Source: Deltaproteobacteria bacterium (GTDB lineage: Bacteria; Lernaellota; Lernaellaia; JACKCT01). Taken from it: DNA of 64,000 nt. Positions 41,042 through 51,858 of this stretch are shown here, one piece after another. Where the stretch lies: contig JAOSJX010000006.1 of the NCBI GenBank assembly GCA_027493875.1, positions 45,248-109,247 on the forward strand, read 5' to 3'. A program made the position numbers and the translations under genes. The notes beneath the pieces are model-generated. The model saw nothing but the letters and a program-made list of their open reading frames with translations, was not told the DNA's origin and searched no databases. Every line of letters begins with the position of its first letter. Positions within the stretch are counted from its first letter, which is position 1.

Positions 41042-41931
41042 CTATCGGTCCCGCGTGACGATATAGCGCGCCAACGCGCGCAGCGGATCGGCGCGTTCGT
41101 CGAATCCCTCCAACGCGCCGAGCGCCGCCGCGAGCAAGTCGTTCGCGTAGGACCGCGCGCCGTCCACACCCAATAACTGCGGAAACGTCGTTTTACCGGC
41201 CTCCGCGTCGGTCCCCGTTCCTTTGCCGAGTTTCTCGGCGTCGCCCGCCACGTTCAACACGTCGTCCGCCACCTGAAAAGCCAGGCCGATGCGCCCCCGT
41301 ATTGTTCGAGTGCCGCGACCTGCTCGTCGGTGCCGCCGCCGGCGATCGCCCCCGCGCACGCCGACGCCGCGATCAGCGTCGCGGTCTTGTGATGGCAGAT
41401 CGCCGTCACGCGGTCGAGATCGGAGCTCTTGCCGGTCGATTCGATGTCGATGCTCTGCCCGCCGATCACGCCTTCCCACCCGATCGCCCGCGCCATTAAG
41501 TGCGTCAGACGCACCGACCGCGCCGCGTCGAGCTTTTCTTCCAGCGCCTGCCGCGCGAGGATTTCGAAGGCCAGCGTCAGCAGCGAGCAACCCGCGAGCA
41601 GCGCCTGCGCCTCGCCGAAGACTTTGTGATTGGTCGCACGCCCCCGGCGGAAATCGTCGTCATCCATCGCGGGAAGATCGTCGTGAATGAGCGTGTAGGT
41701 GTGCATAAGCTCCAACGCGCACGCCGCCGGAAGAGCGGTTTCGACGGCGCCGCCCACCGCCTCGCACGCCGCCAGCGCCAGGATCGGACGAACCCGTTTG
41801 CCACCCGCGAACAGGCTGTAACGCATGCTTTCGATCTGCTTTCGAAATAATTCCGAGTGAAGATCCAGCGTGCGTTCGAGCGCCCGGTCCACGAGTTCGC
41901 GGCGTTCGCTGAGGTAAGTGCGCAATTCCAC
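41042..41931 (-). CDS. polyprenyl-diphosphate synthase (GGPP/FPP synthase family); apparent frameshift at c5 run 41294-41298
   Basis: FARM LIHDDLPAMDDDDFRRG (ORF 41254..42096 frame) and SARM FQVADDVLN (ORF 41042..41590 frame). Probable GTG start ~41931, just after the stop of the upstream lipoprotein gene. Confidence 0.75.
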
Positions 41932-41953
41932 CGGCCGCCCCCCCGTGCCCGCG

Positions 41954-42559
41954 TCAAGCGCTGTCGTCGTCCCCGGTGTCGTCATCGGCCGTGTCGTCGT
42001 CGGCCGTATCGTCGTCGGCGTCGTCGTCCGCGAAATCGTCGTCGCCGTCATCGTCAACCGCGTCGTCGTCCACGGCATCGTCGTCGGCCGCGTCATCGTC
42101 CGCGCACGCGAATTGCTCGACGTGGATGACGTCCGTGTCGAAGCCCTTAATGCATCCGCTGTCGTGAAAGGCCACCACCTGGAAGTAAAGATTGCACAGG
42201 CAGTCGTCGCACACTTCGTCGCCGCGGAACCGGCGGATGAATCGGCGGGCGTCGGCCTCGCTGCGGACCAGATCGAACTTCACGCCGTTGGGCCGGCCCT
42301 CGGACGTTCGCGCTTCGGCGGTGATGCGGTCGATGTCCTGATTTTCGCTGTCGCCGGTGAGAATCAGGAGAATTTCGAATTCCGTGTCCGATGTCCCGGA
42401 GGCCGGATAAATCTGCGTGTCCTGAAACTTCGGACATTCCTCGGGGTTGTCGTCGCTCTTGCCGCACGCGGAAACGGCCAGCCCGAGAGCCGCAAAAAGT
42501 AAGACGAGCGCGCGTCGTTTCAAGTTTCCCTCCCGCTGAAAGCGGGGCAAGTGTGCCAA
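41954..42559 (-). CDS. lipoprotein with a C-terminal poly-Asp tail (…DDDTADDDTGDDDSA*), no terminal Cys motif
   Basis: LVLLFAALGLAVSAC lipobox; ~80-aa Asp-rich C-terminus. Confidence 0.55.
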   Translation of the reverse strand: MAHLPRFQREGNLKRRALVLLFAALGLAVSACGKSDDNPEECPKFQDTQIYPASGTSDTEFEILLILTGDSENQDIDRITAEARTSEGRPNGVKFDLVRSEADARRFIRRFRGDEVCDDCLCNLYFQVVAFHDSGCIKGFDTDVIHVEQFACADDDAADDDAVDDDAVDDDGDDDFADDDADDDTADDDTADDDTGDDDSA

Positions 42560-42671
42560 CGCCCCGGAGCCCCGTCAAGGATCGACGCCGACGTTTCTCG
42601 GCGAAGAAATTGATTGACCACGGTTCGGGGTGGGCGCACAATCTTCATGACGGCGTGGAATCGAGGGTAGC

Positions 42672-44183
42672 ATGAATTTATTCGCCCGCCGTGTTTTGGC
42701 GATCGTGTTTTTCGGGTGCCTTCTCATGGCAACGAGTTGCCAAGAGAGGGAAGGTCCGTCCGCGGCCGCTTCAAGCGGCGACGAAACGGTGCTGGACGAC
42801 GATACGGCCGACGACGACACGGCGCACATCACCGCCCCCGGAGACGATACCGCCGACGACGACGCCACCGACGACGACACGGCCGACGACGGTTACGTCC
42901 CGCCTGAACCGTCGGACGCCGTCGGCGTTTTTGTCGCGAAGACCGGCGACGACGCTTTTCCCGGAACGATGGCGGAACCCAAACTCACGATCGCCGCGGG
43001 AATGACCGCCGCAAGGGCCGACGGAAAATATCTCTTTGTCGCGCGAGGCCGCTACATTGAAAACGTCGTGGCCCGCGCGCCGATGTACGGTGGATATGAG
43101 GAGACGGCCTGGACTCGGGATATCGTTGCCTATCGGACCGAGATCAAGCCGCCCACCGGCACCGCGGTCACGATTCCCGTGTCGCAACGCGCTCATGAAC
43201 TTACCGTCGAGGGGTTCGCGATCGTCGGTCCGAACGGCACAGCCGACCAGGAAACGACGGCTGTCGACGCGAAAGGTGACGGCGTCGTTCTTCGGTGGAA
43301 CGTGATCCGTGGCGGTGGACTGTTCGCAACGGGTTGGACGGCGGCCAGCAACGGCGCGCGGTTTTCGCTAAACGGCTCCGTTTCCGTGATCGAAAACGAA
43401 ATTGTCGGCGGCGACATCGCCGGATTCGGCGAGTTGGTGCAAACGATCGCGCTGGGCTTCGCGGACGATATTTCCGCAAACGTGATCAACAACCGCATCC
43501 GCGCCGGAAAAGCCGTCGCCTACGGCGGCGTGCTTTCCATCGGCGTGGAAATCTCGACGACGCAGCCGGTCGTCTTGTCCGGCAACACGATCGATACGGA
43601 ATCGATGGCTCTTTCGTCGGTCGGGGTCATGGTTTACACGGGGGCGATACTCGTCCACAACACCATCCACGCCCGCGGGGCGGTTCTCGGCGAAGGCGTC
43701 GTATATCAGTTCCTTCTCCTCCCCCTGACGCAATTGACTCTGGTGAACAACATCATCGTCGCGGATCAGACGACCCTGCGATACGCGGTTGTGGCATCCG
43801 ATCTCCTCGGGACCGACCGGCTGACCTTCGTCGCCAACGATTTTTCCGCCGCCGGCGCATTTCTTCCCGTGGCCGTGGGCACGGACATTTTCACCGATCC
43901 GATCGACGTGAATACCTGCGCCTGGCCGCTCTGCAAGGAGGCGTACGCCAATACCGGAAACGATCCTCTCTTCGCGGCAACCGGCGACTGGCACCTTGGG
44001 CCCGCGAGTCCCTGCCTCGACACCGGCGAGGACCCGACGCCGTGGGCCGACCCGGCCTCGTGGCGCCGCGACATCGATGGCGACGCGCGCCCCTCGGGCG
44101 ACGCGCCCGATATCGGTGCGGACGAATACGGCGCTCGACGCGGACGTCGGCATCCGCCGGCGACCATCGCGAACCGTGAATAG
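42672..44183 (+). CDS. lipoprotein with acidic linker and right-handed parallel beta-helix (pectate-lyase-fold) domain
   Basis: Lipobox LLMATSC, then DDDTADDDTAHI…, beta-helix-like repeats and C-terminal …DIGADEYG typical of this fold. Confidence 0.6.
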   Translation: MNLFARRVLAIVFFGCLLMATSCQEREGPSAAASSGDETVLDDDTADDDTAHITAPGDDTADDDATDDDTADDGYVPPEPSDAVGVFVAKTGDDAFPGTMAEPKLTIAAGMTAARADGKYLFVARGRYIENVVARAPMYGGYEETAWTRDIVAYRTEIKPPTGTAVTIPVSQRAHELTVEGFAIVGPNGTADQETTAVDAKGDGVVLRWNVIRGGGLFATGWTAASNGARFSLNGSVSVIENEIVGGDIAGFGELVQTIALGFADDISANVINNRIRAGKAVAYGGVLSIGVEISTTQPVVLSGNTIDTESMALSSVGVMVYTGAILVHNTIHARGAVLGEGVVYQFLLLPLTQLTLVNNIIVADQTTLRYAVVASDLLGTDRLTFVANDFSAAGAFLPVAVGTDIFTDPIDVNTCAWPLCKEAYANTGNDPLFAATGDWHLGPASPCLDTGEDPTPWADPASWRRDIDGDARPSGDAPDIGADEYGARRGRRHPPATIANRE

Positions 44184-44211
44184 TCATTCCATTGAGCTGG
44201 GGGACTCCCGC

Positions 44212-45543
44212 ATGACGTCATGGCGATCGGCGATTTTCGTGCTTTGTGCGGCACTGGCGCTCGCGGCGGCGGGCTGCTCCGGCGGATCGTCGCCTGAAAC
44301 GAGTTCCGGGGCGACGGACGGTGTCGCCCGAATCGCGGACGACGACATCGAAGCCGGCGGTGGAGACGACGATACGGCGGCGGACGATGCGGCGGACGAC
44401 GATCCGGCCGATGACGATTCGGGCGACGATGATTCCGGAAACGATGACGACTCCGCCGCGGACGACGATGTTTCTTTTGACGACTTCGAGGGGTGGATCG
44501 TCGGAGCATTCTACCTTCCGGATCGAAACACGGAGGCCCTTGTCCTCCACTTTAGAAACGGTGTTTGGGAAACGCCGGACCTCCCCGCGCTGGGTACGTC
44601 GTCGATTCTCTACGGCGTTTACGCCTTGGACACCGCAAATGTTTTCGCCGTCGGGAGCGAGCTCAGCGGATCGCAACGAGCCGCCGTGGTGCTCCATTGG
44701 GACGGGAATGCGTGGACGAAACAGACTCTCCCGCCGCCGGTGTCAACGCACTCCGAACTCCGGACGGTGCGTTTTCTCAATGAGGGATACGGGTGGGCGG
44801 GAGGTTGGACTTGGGGCTCTCTCACCGCTCAACTCCTCGCCCTGCGTTTCATCGGGGATCACTGGGAACACGTCGGGAGTCTTCCGCTTGGCGCGGGCGC
44901 TTGGGCGAACAAGATCGCCGTCGTTGACGACGAGAAAGTGTACTTCGGGGGAACGGGGGCGATGGGCGGCGGCGACTCGGCCCTCTTTTATTACGACCAC
45001 GGCGCCTGGTCATTCGTTCCGGCCCTCACCGGCGCGTACTTCACCTACGTCGCGGCCCTTTATTTTGACGGGCCGAACGACGGCTATGCGATCAATTGTA
45101 CGTCGCGCGGCGGCTACTATGGGGGACTGGGCTGGCATTCGGACGGAGCCGGCTGGACGCTCTCGGGCCTCATCTTTCCGCAGTCCGAATGCGCAACAGA
45201 CATCGCGGCGACGCCGTCGGGCCAATGGCACGCTTCGGGATTGCGCATGGAATTCTCCGGCAAGGAATACCCCGTTTTGAAAACCAAGAACGGCTGGCTC
45301 TGGACCAACGATCGGCTGCCGTCGTTGGCGGGCCGTCAAGCCGAAATCGAGGCTTTGAATTTTCCCGCCGACGACGTCGGAATCGCCGTCGGAAGAGGGT
45401 GGGAAATCCCGACCGGTCAGATCACGGGACTTGCGCTCCGGCACGATGGCACGAAGTGGGCCGTGGTGCCTGAGATCTCGTGGCGGCCCGGGGAATCCTT
45501 CGAAGGGGTTTCCTTCCTCGCTCCCGACCCGGCGGACCGCTGA
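44212..45543 (+). CDS. lipoprotein with poly-Asp linker and a beta-propeller-like (Trp/Gly-rich) domain, function unknown
   Basis: MTSWRSAIFVLCAALALAAAGC, then DDDIEAGGGDDDTAADDAADDDPADDDSGDDDSGNDDD. Confidence 0.55.
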   Translation: MTSWRSAIFVLCAALALAAAGCSGGSSPETSSGATDGVARIADDDIEAGGGDDDTAADDAADDDPADDDSGDDDSGNDDDSAADDDVSFDDFEGWIVGAFYLPDRNTEALVLHFRNGVWETPDLPALGTSSILYGVYALDTANVFAVGSELSGSQRAAVVLHWDGNAWTKQTLPPPVSTHSELRTVRFLNEGYGWAGGWTWGSLTAQLLALRFIGDHWEHVGSLPLGAGAWANKIAVVDDEKVYFGGTGAMGGGDSALFYYDHGAWSFVPALTGAYFTYVAALYFDGPNDGYAINCTSRGGYYGGLGWHSDGAGWTLSGLIFPQSECATDIAATPSGQWHASGLRMEFSGKEYPVLKTKNGWLWTNDRLPSLAGRQAEIEALNFPADDVGIAVGRGWEIPTGQITGLALRHDGTKWAVVPEISWRPGESFEGVSFLAPDPADR

Positions 45544-45642
45544 TTTCCGCGGAACGCGTAAAAACGTCGGATTCGATGGTTTTTGCCGCGCATTGTGATA
45601 AAGTGCGCCGTTTTTTTGGACCCTGTTCCTGAGGGAGTCTTC

Positions 45643-47682
45643 ATGCGCCGAATGATTTTGACGATCCTGATCGCCTGCGTCGCCGTGGCCGGTTTTGTCC
45701 CCGCCGCGAGCGCCGACGAAGCGATTCAACTCAAAACGCGATCCTTCACGCCGCCGGCCTCCGCCGACGTCGCCGCGGATATCGCCAAGCTGGTGGGCCG
45801 GCACGGCGTCATTCAAATGAACGAAACGCCGGATGCCGGAAAGCGCGCCGCGCTCGCGGAAAAAGGCGTTCACTTGCTCAAGGCTCTGCCCGGCCGCGCC
45901 TACCTCGCCTTCATCGAGGAAGGCGCGCGCGTCGAGAAAAGCACCGCCGCGGCCTTTCGTTGGGCCGGCGAATTGAACCGCGCGGACAAAACGCACCCCC
46001 TGCTCGCGCAAGGCAAGTTTGTCATCGATCCCGAAGACGACGCGGGGCGCCGCGTGATGGATATTCTGATGTTCCCCGACGTGACCGAGGAAACCGGCCG
46101 CCGTATCCTCGAAAACGCCGGCTCCGAAATTCTCGGTCGCATCGCCACCGTCAACGGATTCACCGCCGCCCTCAATCCCTCCGCCGTGCCCGCGCTCGCG
46201 GAGGAAGACGCGGTGCTGTGGATCGCGGAGACGGAACCGGCCTATGAACCCTTCTTGGACGTCGGCAAGCCGGCCGTCGGCGGCGACGAGGCCAATGCGG
46301 CGCCTTACTTCACCACCGGCAAGGACGTCGGCGTTCTCGTGCTCGACGGCGGCACCGTCTTCGGCCACAAGGATCTCGAAGGCCGCCTGACACAGATCGA
46401 CGTGCCCATCCCCGACTTTTCCGGCCACGCGCACCACGTGTCGTGCATCGTCGCGGGGGACGGCACCATGTCCGGCGGGCAATACACCGGCATGGCGCCG
46501 GACGCGTCCATCGTGTCCGCCTCCACCACCGGGCTCGGCATCCCGCCGCTCTACAGCAACGCCGGCAACATGGAGCGCGTCTACGAAAACGCGATTCAAA
46601 ACCACAACGCCACCGTGTCCAACAACTCGATCGGCGCCAACCTCGCGCGTCTCGGGGCGAGCGCGTGCGTTTACGAGGGGGACTATTCCGTCACCGCGCA
46701 GGTGGTCGACACCATCGTCGGCGAGGAGTACGGCCGTATCCACATCGTCTGGTCCGCCGGCAACGAGCGCGGCTACGTCACGTGCGGCACGGCGTACAAC
46801 ACCAGCGCCCCGCCGGCCACGGCCAAAAACTCCATCGGCGTCGGCGCGCTCAACAAGGAAGACCTGTCGATGACGTCGTTTTCAAGCTGGGGCCCGACGG
46901 ACGACGGACGCATCCGCCCCGACGTCAGCGCGCCGGGTTGCGATCACGATTTCAACGGCATTCGCAGTTGCTGGTTGGCCGACCGTTACACGGACTTCTG
47001 CGGAACCAGTCAATCCGGACCCATCGTCGCCGGGTCGGTCGCGCTCGCGCAGGAATACTGGCGGCGCACGGTCCGCGAGGAAGACGCCTGGGCCTCCACG
47101 ATGAAGGCCCTTGTCATTCATAGCGCCATCGACCAGGGCGAACCGGGCCCGAACTACCGCGACGGCTTCGGCGCGCTCGACGTGCCGTCGCTGCTCGATC
47201 ACATCGACGGCGCCATGATCCTCGAAGAAGAACTGGATCAGGGCGACGCGTTCACGCTCGATCTTTATCCGTTCACGAACGACGTGAAGGTCACGCTCGT
47301 GTGGACCGATCCCGCCGCCACGGCGCTCGCCGCCACCGCGCTGATCAACGACCTGGATCTTTCCGTCATCACCGGCGACGGCACGGAGTTGCCTTGGATT
47401 CTCAATCCCTCCTCCCCCGCCACGCCCGCGACGAAGGGAGAAAACCACCGCGACCCGGTCGAGCAGGTGCAGTTTGATTCCTCGGGCGTGGACGGACCCG
47501 TTTCGGTCGTGGTCGAGGGAGCGAACGTTCCCGAGGGCCCGCAGCGGTTCTCCCTCGTCATCACCGGTCTTCAGGAGGAGGCTCCGGACGGCGGCGCGGA
47601 GGATGACGATGCGGATGATGATGCGACGGATGATGATGCGGGGGACGACGATGACGACGACGGCGGCGGATGCGGTTGCTGA
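45643..47682 (+). CDS. secreted subtilisin-like serine protease (peptidase S8) with C-terminal Asp-rich tail ending …DDDDDDGGGCGC*
   Basis: Signal MRRMILTILIACVAVAGFVPAASA; catalytic D (VLVLDGG), H (HGTHVSCIVAG) and S (GTSQSGPIVAG). Confidence 0.85.
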   Translation: MRRMILTILIACVAVAGFVPAASADEAIQLKTRSFTPPASADVAADIAKLVGRHGVIQMNETPDAGKRAALAEKGVHLLKALPGRAYLAFIEEGARVEKSTAAAFRWAGELNRADKTHPLLAQGKFVIDPEDDAGRRVMDILMFPDVTEETGRRILENAGSEILGRIATVNGFTAALNPSAVPALAEEDAVLWIAETEPAYEPFLDVGKPAVGGDEANAAPYFTTGKDVGVLVLDGGTVFGHKDLEGRLTQIDVPIPDFSGHAHHVSCIVAGDGTMSGGQYTGMAPDASIVSASTTGLGIPPLYSNAGNMERVYENAIQNHNATVSNNSIGANLARLGASACVYEGDYSVTAQVVDTIVGEEYGRIHIVWSAGNERGYVTCGTAYNTSAPPATAKNSIGVGALNKEDLSMTSFSSWGPTDDGRIRPDVSAPGCDHDFNGIRSCWLADRYTDFCGTSQSGPIVAGSVALAQEYWRRTVREEDAWASTMKALVIHSAIDQGEPGPNYRDGFGALDVPSLLDHIDGAMILEEELDQGDAFTLDLYPFTNDVKVTLVWTDPAATALAATALINDLDLSVITGDGTELPWILNPSSPATPATKGENHRDPVEQVQFDSSGVDGPVSVVVEGANVPEGPQRFSLVITGLQEEAPDGGAEDDDADDDATDDDAGDDDDDDGGGCGC

Positions 47683-49411
47683 CGTCTTCGAGCCGTTCGC
47701 GCAGCGGCGTCTCCGGCGTTTCGGGAAGACCGCGCATCCGGCGGAGTTCGGCCAGCCCGAGCCATAACACCATCCACGCCGCCGCGGCGAGGCTGATCTG
47801 CTTCGCCACGAGACGCACGCGCGTCGGTTCGAACTCCACCATCGTCTCGTAGATTCCGGGCGGCACCGTGAACGTGATCTCGCCGGTGCGCGCGTCGGGC
47901 TCGATCGCCAGCGGCTCCTCACCGATCCGCGCCGTCCAGCCGGGAAAGTAGAACGTGTGCACCAGGACGCGCGCGTCCGTCGCCGCGTTCACGCGAAACC
48001 GGTACGACGCCTGACGCAGGCGCGTCGGCTCGATGCTCGCCTCGCCCTCCATGATCTCCGCGCGGTTGGCGAAATAGCTCGTCGGTTTTTCCTTGACCCA
48101 TACGGGCAGAAAATCGTCGCGCGCGGTGGATTTGCTCTCGCGCGCTTCGCGGAGCAGCCACGGCGTCAGAAGATCCTGCGCTTCGATAAAACGTGAATCG
48201 CCCCGCGCGACCATCGCCTGCTCGCGCGTCATCGAAACGATGTTCTCCGGATTGGCGCGCTCGTGCATGAGATACCGCGCTTGGAGGTACGGTCCGTACA
48301 CGATCAGGGCGGCCAGCAAGACGGCGTACGACGACGCCGCTTCGCCCCGAACGCCCCAACGCTTCCGCGCCATCCAAATCGTCGCACCGGAAAGCCCGGT
48401 CAGCCCCAAGGTCGCCGGCAGGAGAAAGCGCCACGGAAACTGCGTGAACGGCAGAAGCGGCAAAGCGCCCCAGAACGGTTTGGAGAAGCGCGTCGTAAAA
48501 TAAAGCGCGATCGCGGCGGTCAGCGCGAATCCCACGGCCGCGCGCCAGCGCAGGTCGCGCTCCTTCTGGCGCACCATCCAAATCAGCGCCGGCATCGCCA
48601 ACACCAGATGCAGGAGGCCCGCCTGTTTGCTCATCCCCTGCCCCGGCGGCTGTTGCGCCGTCCCGAAACCCCACGCGCGGCTCACGAGATCGGCGAGCGA
48701 CGCGAAGTTGCGGCTGTAGTGAAACGCGCCGGCGGTCAGATTGAACTCGGCGTTGAGATAGGACTTCTCCAGCAGCGCGGGCAGCCAGAAGAAGGACGAC
48801 GCGGCAAGCCCGAGCGCCACGGCGGTTAATTCACGGCGCATCTTCTTCGGCCACCGCACCAGGACGATCCACAAGATAATGAGCGGCAGGCCGATCATCG
48901 CGCTGATGTTGTGCGATAACGCCAACAGCGCGACCGCGCAGCCGCCCGAGATCGCCGACTGCGTCCGCCCGCGCGCCGCGCCGCTGCGGTGAAAAAAGTA
49001 GAACGCCAGCGCCATCCACGTGAAGCCGGACAACTCGGCCAGCGCGCCCCGCACGTACAGGTCCGCGAGCAGATACGGCGACAGCATGTACATCGCCGAG
49101 GCCGCCAGCGCCGCGCGCGCATCCCAGATCTCGCGGACGAGCAGATACATCGACGTACCGGCCAGCACGACGAAAAGAATGTACGTCGCCTTCACGGCGG
49201 CGAACGGCGTCAGACCGATCAGACAAAAGACCTGGCCGATCAGGTAAACGAGCGGCGCGTAGAAATTAAAGATCGGCGAACCGCGCCCGAAGTAATAATC
49301 GGCGATCCACCGGGGATAAACGTACCCGTCCTGGTACGCTTCATTCACCTCGATCTGACGGATCAGGTCGATGTGCGCCGAATGCCCGAAGTGCATCACG
49401 GGAATCCACAC
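47561..49411 (-). CDS. large polytopic membrane protein (YfhO / glycosyltransferase-39-like topology); family assignment tentative
   Basis: >12 predicted TM helices. GTG start ~49411. The His/Arg-rich last ~40 codons are the antisense of the subtilase acidic tail and are probably not real. Confidence 0.5.
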   Translation of the reverse strand: MWIPVMHFGHSAHIDLIRQIEVNEAYQDGYVYPRWIADYYFGRGSPIFNFYAPLVYLIGQVFCLIGLTPFAAVKATYILFVVLAGTSMYLLVREIWDARAALAASAMYMLSPYLLADLYVRGALAELSGFTWMALAFYFFHRSGAARGRTQSAISGGCAVALLALSHNISAMIGLPLIILWIVLVRWPKKMRRELTAVALGLAASSFFWLPALLEKSYLNAEFNLTAGAFHYSRNFASLADLVSRAWGFGTAQQPPGQGMSKQAGLLHLVLAMPALIWMVRQKERDLRWRAAVGFALTAAIALYFTTRFSKPFWGALPLLPFTQFPWRFLLPATLGLTGLSGATIWMARKRWGVRGEAASSYAVLLAALIVYGPYLQARYLMHERANPENIVSMTREQAMVARGDSRFIEAQDLLTPWLLREARESKSTARDDFLPVWVKEKPTSYFANRAEIMEGEASIEPTRLRQASYRFRVNAATDARVLVHTFYFPGWTARIGEEPLAIEPDARTGEITFTVPPGIYETMVEFEPTRVRLVAKQISLAAAAWMVLWLGLAELRRMRGLPETPETPLRERLEDVSNRIRRRRRHRRPPHHHPSHHHPHRHPPRRRPEPPPEDR

Positions 49412-49588
49412 GCCGTGCGTGACGAGGCCCGCGAGCGCGATGACCAGCAGGAAGGGGAAGGCGGCGCCTCCACCGCTCCGCCCGCGTCATCGCCGCGCCG
49501 CTCGTCTCCTCCGGCCCCATCAGCCAAGCATCGCCGACGGGATGAACCTGTCAAGCGCCGCTGCGGACGCGGGCGACACCACGTGGCG

Positions 49589-50808
49589 TCAATTTGGCCC
49601 CCGATAAAGGAGTTTCGGTTTTCCGCCGTCGAACCTCAGTCCAAGGCAACCTTCGGAAAAAGAATCACAAGCGCGTTCGAGGTCGCGCGGGGCAACGCGC
49701 GCTTCGCCGGTAAGCTTACCGCCGTACATCATTTCGAGCGCGTGACGTCCGCCGAAAAGCGCCGCGTCCTTCATGACGAAAACCGAATACAACGGCGAAG
49801 TGACTTTTTCGTTATCGGCGATGACGACCGCCTCGCCCCCGGCCACCGACGGCTGCCGCGCGTAAATGAGCGCCGCGAGATGGGCGGCGCGGTCGCCGTT
49901 GGCGCGCAGAGCGCGTTCCTTGTCCTTGGCCGACATGCCGTGCAGCACAAGAAACACGCACGCGGCAAACACGAGTCCGGGACGAAGAACCGGCAGAGCG
50001 CCGCCGCCGAACGCGCCACCGCGACGCCGGCGACCGCGGCGAAAATGAGCGCGGGTTTGTAGGCGTACAACTCGCTCACCCGCGCAAGCAACGCGTCCGG
50101 CAAGAGCAGCGTCGCGAAGAGAAGAACCGGGATAACCGCGCGGACGCCGACGACAACGAAACCGAGCGATCCGATCGCTAGCGCCGCCGCCAGCGCCATG
50201 AAATACGGATCGTCCGAACGGGCGACGACCTGCGTGCTCGCGATCGGGGACGCGAGCGAAGCCAGGAGCATGCCGGCGTTTTTCGCCAGATTCCATCCCA
50301 GTTGGAGATCGTAGCGCGTCGCGCCGCCGAAAGACGGAAGCAAGGCCCCGGCGCGCCACCGCATCCATCCGTACAACCCGACGACGCCGGTCAGCAAAAG
50401 AAGCCCGGCCAACGCGCGCACGGGTTTGCTCGGCAGATAACGGAGCCAAAGTATCGCCGCGGCGGCGGCGAATCCCGCGCCGGCGTCTTTCCACAGCATC
50501 GAGACGAGAAGCGCCGACGCCGCGAGCGCCGACCGCGCCGCGCCGGGAGCCTCCTCACGCGTCCAGAGCAAAACGAGCGCAAGGCCGCCGAACGCGACGC
50601 ATCCCGTTTGCCCCGCGCCGTCGAGCGACAACACGGCGAGCGCGTTCGTCTGGTGAACGCCGAATAGAAGCGCTGCGAAGACGGCCCCGAGCGCCCCCGC
50701 GCCGGCACGCAGCGCCAGAAAACCGGCCAGCAACGCCGCCAGAATATGCAAGGCCAAGACGGCGAGGTGATAAAACGGATACCCGCCGTAAGCGAGGCTG
50801 ACCCGCAC
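49589..50808 (-). CDS. polytopic membrane protein with C-terminal soluble domain; apparent frameshift between ORFs 49771..50808 and 49589..50494
   Basis: Hydrophobic N-terminal ~330 aa in one frame; the C-terminal …LVFAACVFLVLHGMSAKDKERAL…LLYRGPN* is in the adjacent frame. Confidence 0.45.
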
Positions 50809-51141
50809 CAGGACGAGCTCCAGCGGACGATAGAAATTCGGGTAGTACGTTTTACGGAAAAGATCGGCGACGGAGGCGTCGTGCGCCTGGTGGACGACGT
50901 TCCACGCCTGAAAATCGTCGGCGAAAGGACGGAGGTCGCGCGCCGGTTCCCAAAACCACCAAAGACCGCGCCGCCGCCGCCATAAGCAGCACCGTCGTCG
51001 GAAGATAGGAACGCGGAGAAGATTCGGACGTCACCGCGTCATTCAAGCGCGCGAACGGCGGGAGGGCAAGGCGTCGGCTTCAAAATGAAAAAAAGGGCGG
51101 GAATCGTCCCACCCTCTTTGCGCACCGAAAGGCCGGAAAGC

Positions 51142-51733
51142 CTACTCGGCGGGTTTGATCGCCACGATGTCGAGCTCGATCGTGATGTCGTGACCGATGG
51201 CGAGGTCGGCGGCGGAGTCTTCCTGCACGTGAAATTCTTTGCGGTTGATCGTGGTCGTCGCTGAAAAGGCGGCGCGGGTATTGCCCCACGGATCCTTTTC
51301 CACGGTCCCCAAGTGCGTCAGATCGAGAACGACCGGCTTGGTCACATCCTTGATCGTCAAATCGCCGTGTACTTTGGCGGTGTCCTGGCCGGTGGAAACG
51401 ACTTTGGTGGACTTGAAGGTCATGTCCGGAAACTTGCCGGTCTCAAAAAAAACCTTCCCGCAGGTGCTTGTCGCGCTTGGCGTTGCTCGTATTGACGCTG
51501 GCAGCCTTGATCGTTACCGAAGCGTCGCCGGTCGTGAGGTCCTTTCCGTCCCACGAAATCGTCCCGCTGAACTCGTCGAAGGTTCCGTGAACGTAAACCA
51601 GCCCGAGGTGCTTCACCTTAAAGCCGACCGTCGTGTGCGCGCTGTCGTAAGACCAGTCCGCCGCGAACGCGGACGCCGGCAGCGCGACGAGGGCCGCGAG
51701 CGCGAATAGAAATAGGGCTCTCCTCTTTCTCAT
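51142..51733 (-). CDS. YceI-family periplasmic protein; apparent frameshift at a8 run 51445-51452
   Basis: Signal MRKRRALFLFALAALVALPASAFA. HLGLVYVHGTFDEF…NAKRDKHLREGFF continues in the other frame as ETGKFPDMTFKSTKVV…. Confidence 0.7.
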
Positions 51734-51858
51734 CCTTACATCTCCTTTTGCCGTGAAATTGGCGTTGCGGGGCATGGACGCACCACACCCCATAGGTTTC
51801 ATCGAAAGATACGCACGAAAACGGCCGAAATAAGGTCGCGGCGGCGATTTTGGGCTGT

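Noticed and set aside
16682-47682. MYXO-CTERM / PEP-CTERM type sorting signals for the CGC-ending proteins
   Set aside because: No hydrophobic helix or basic cluster follows the Cys residues in any frame; the stop codon directly follows CGC.
47561-47700. His/Arg/Pro-rich C-terminal tail of the membrane protein ORF (…HHHPSHHHPHRHPP…)
   Set aside because: Reverse-complement reading of the subtilase GAC/GAT acidic tail; a probable artefactual extension, not a real His-tag-like domain.
49371-49607. Possible fusion of the two large membrane-protein genes 47561..49411 and 49589..50808 into one
   Set aside because: In-frame TGA upstream of the GTG start at 49411 and a clean TAA at 49589 in the upstream gene frame; treated as two genes.
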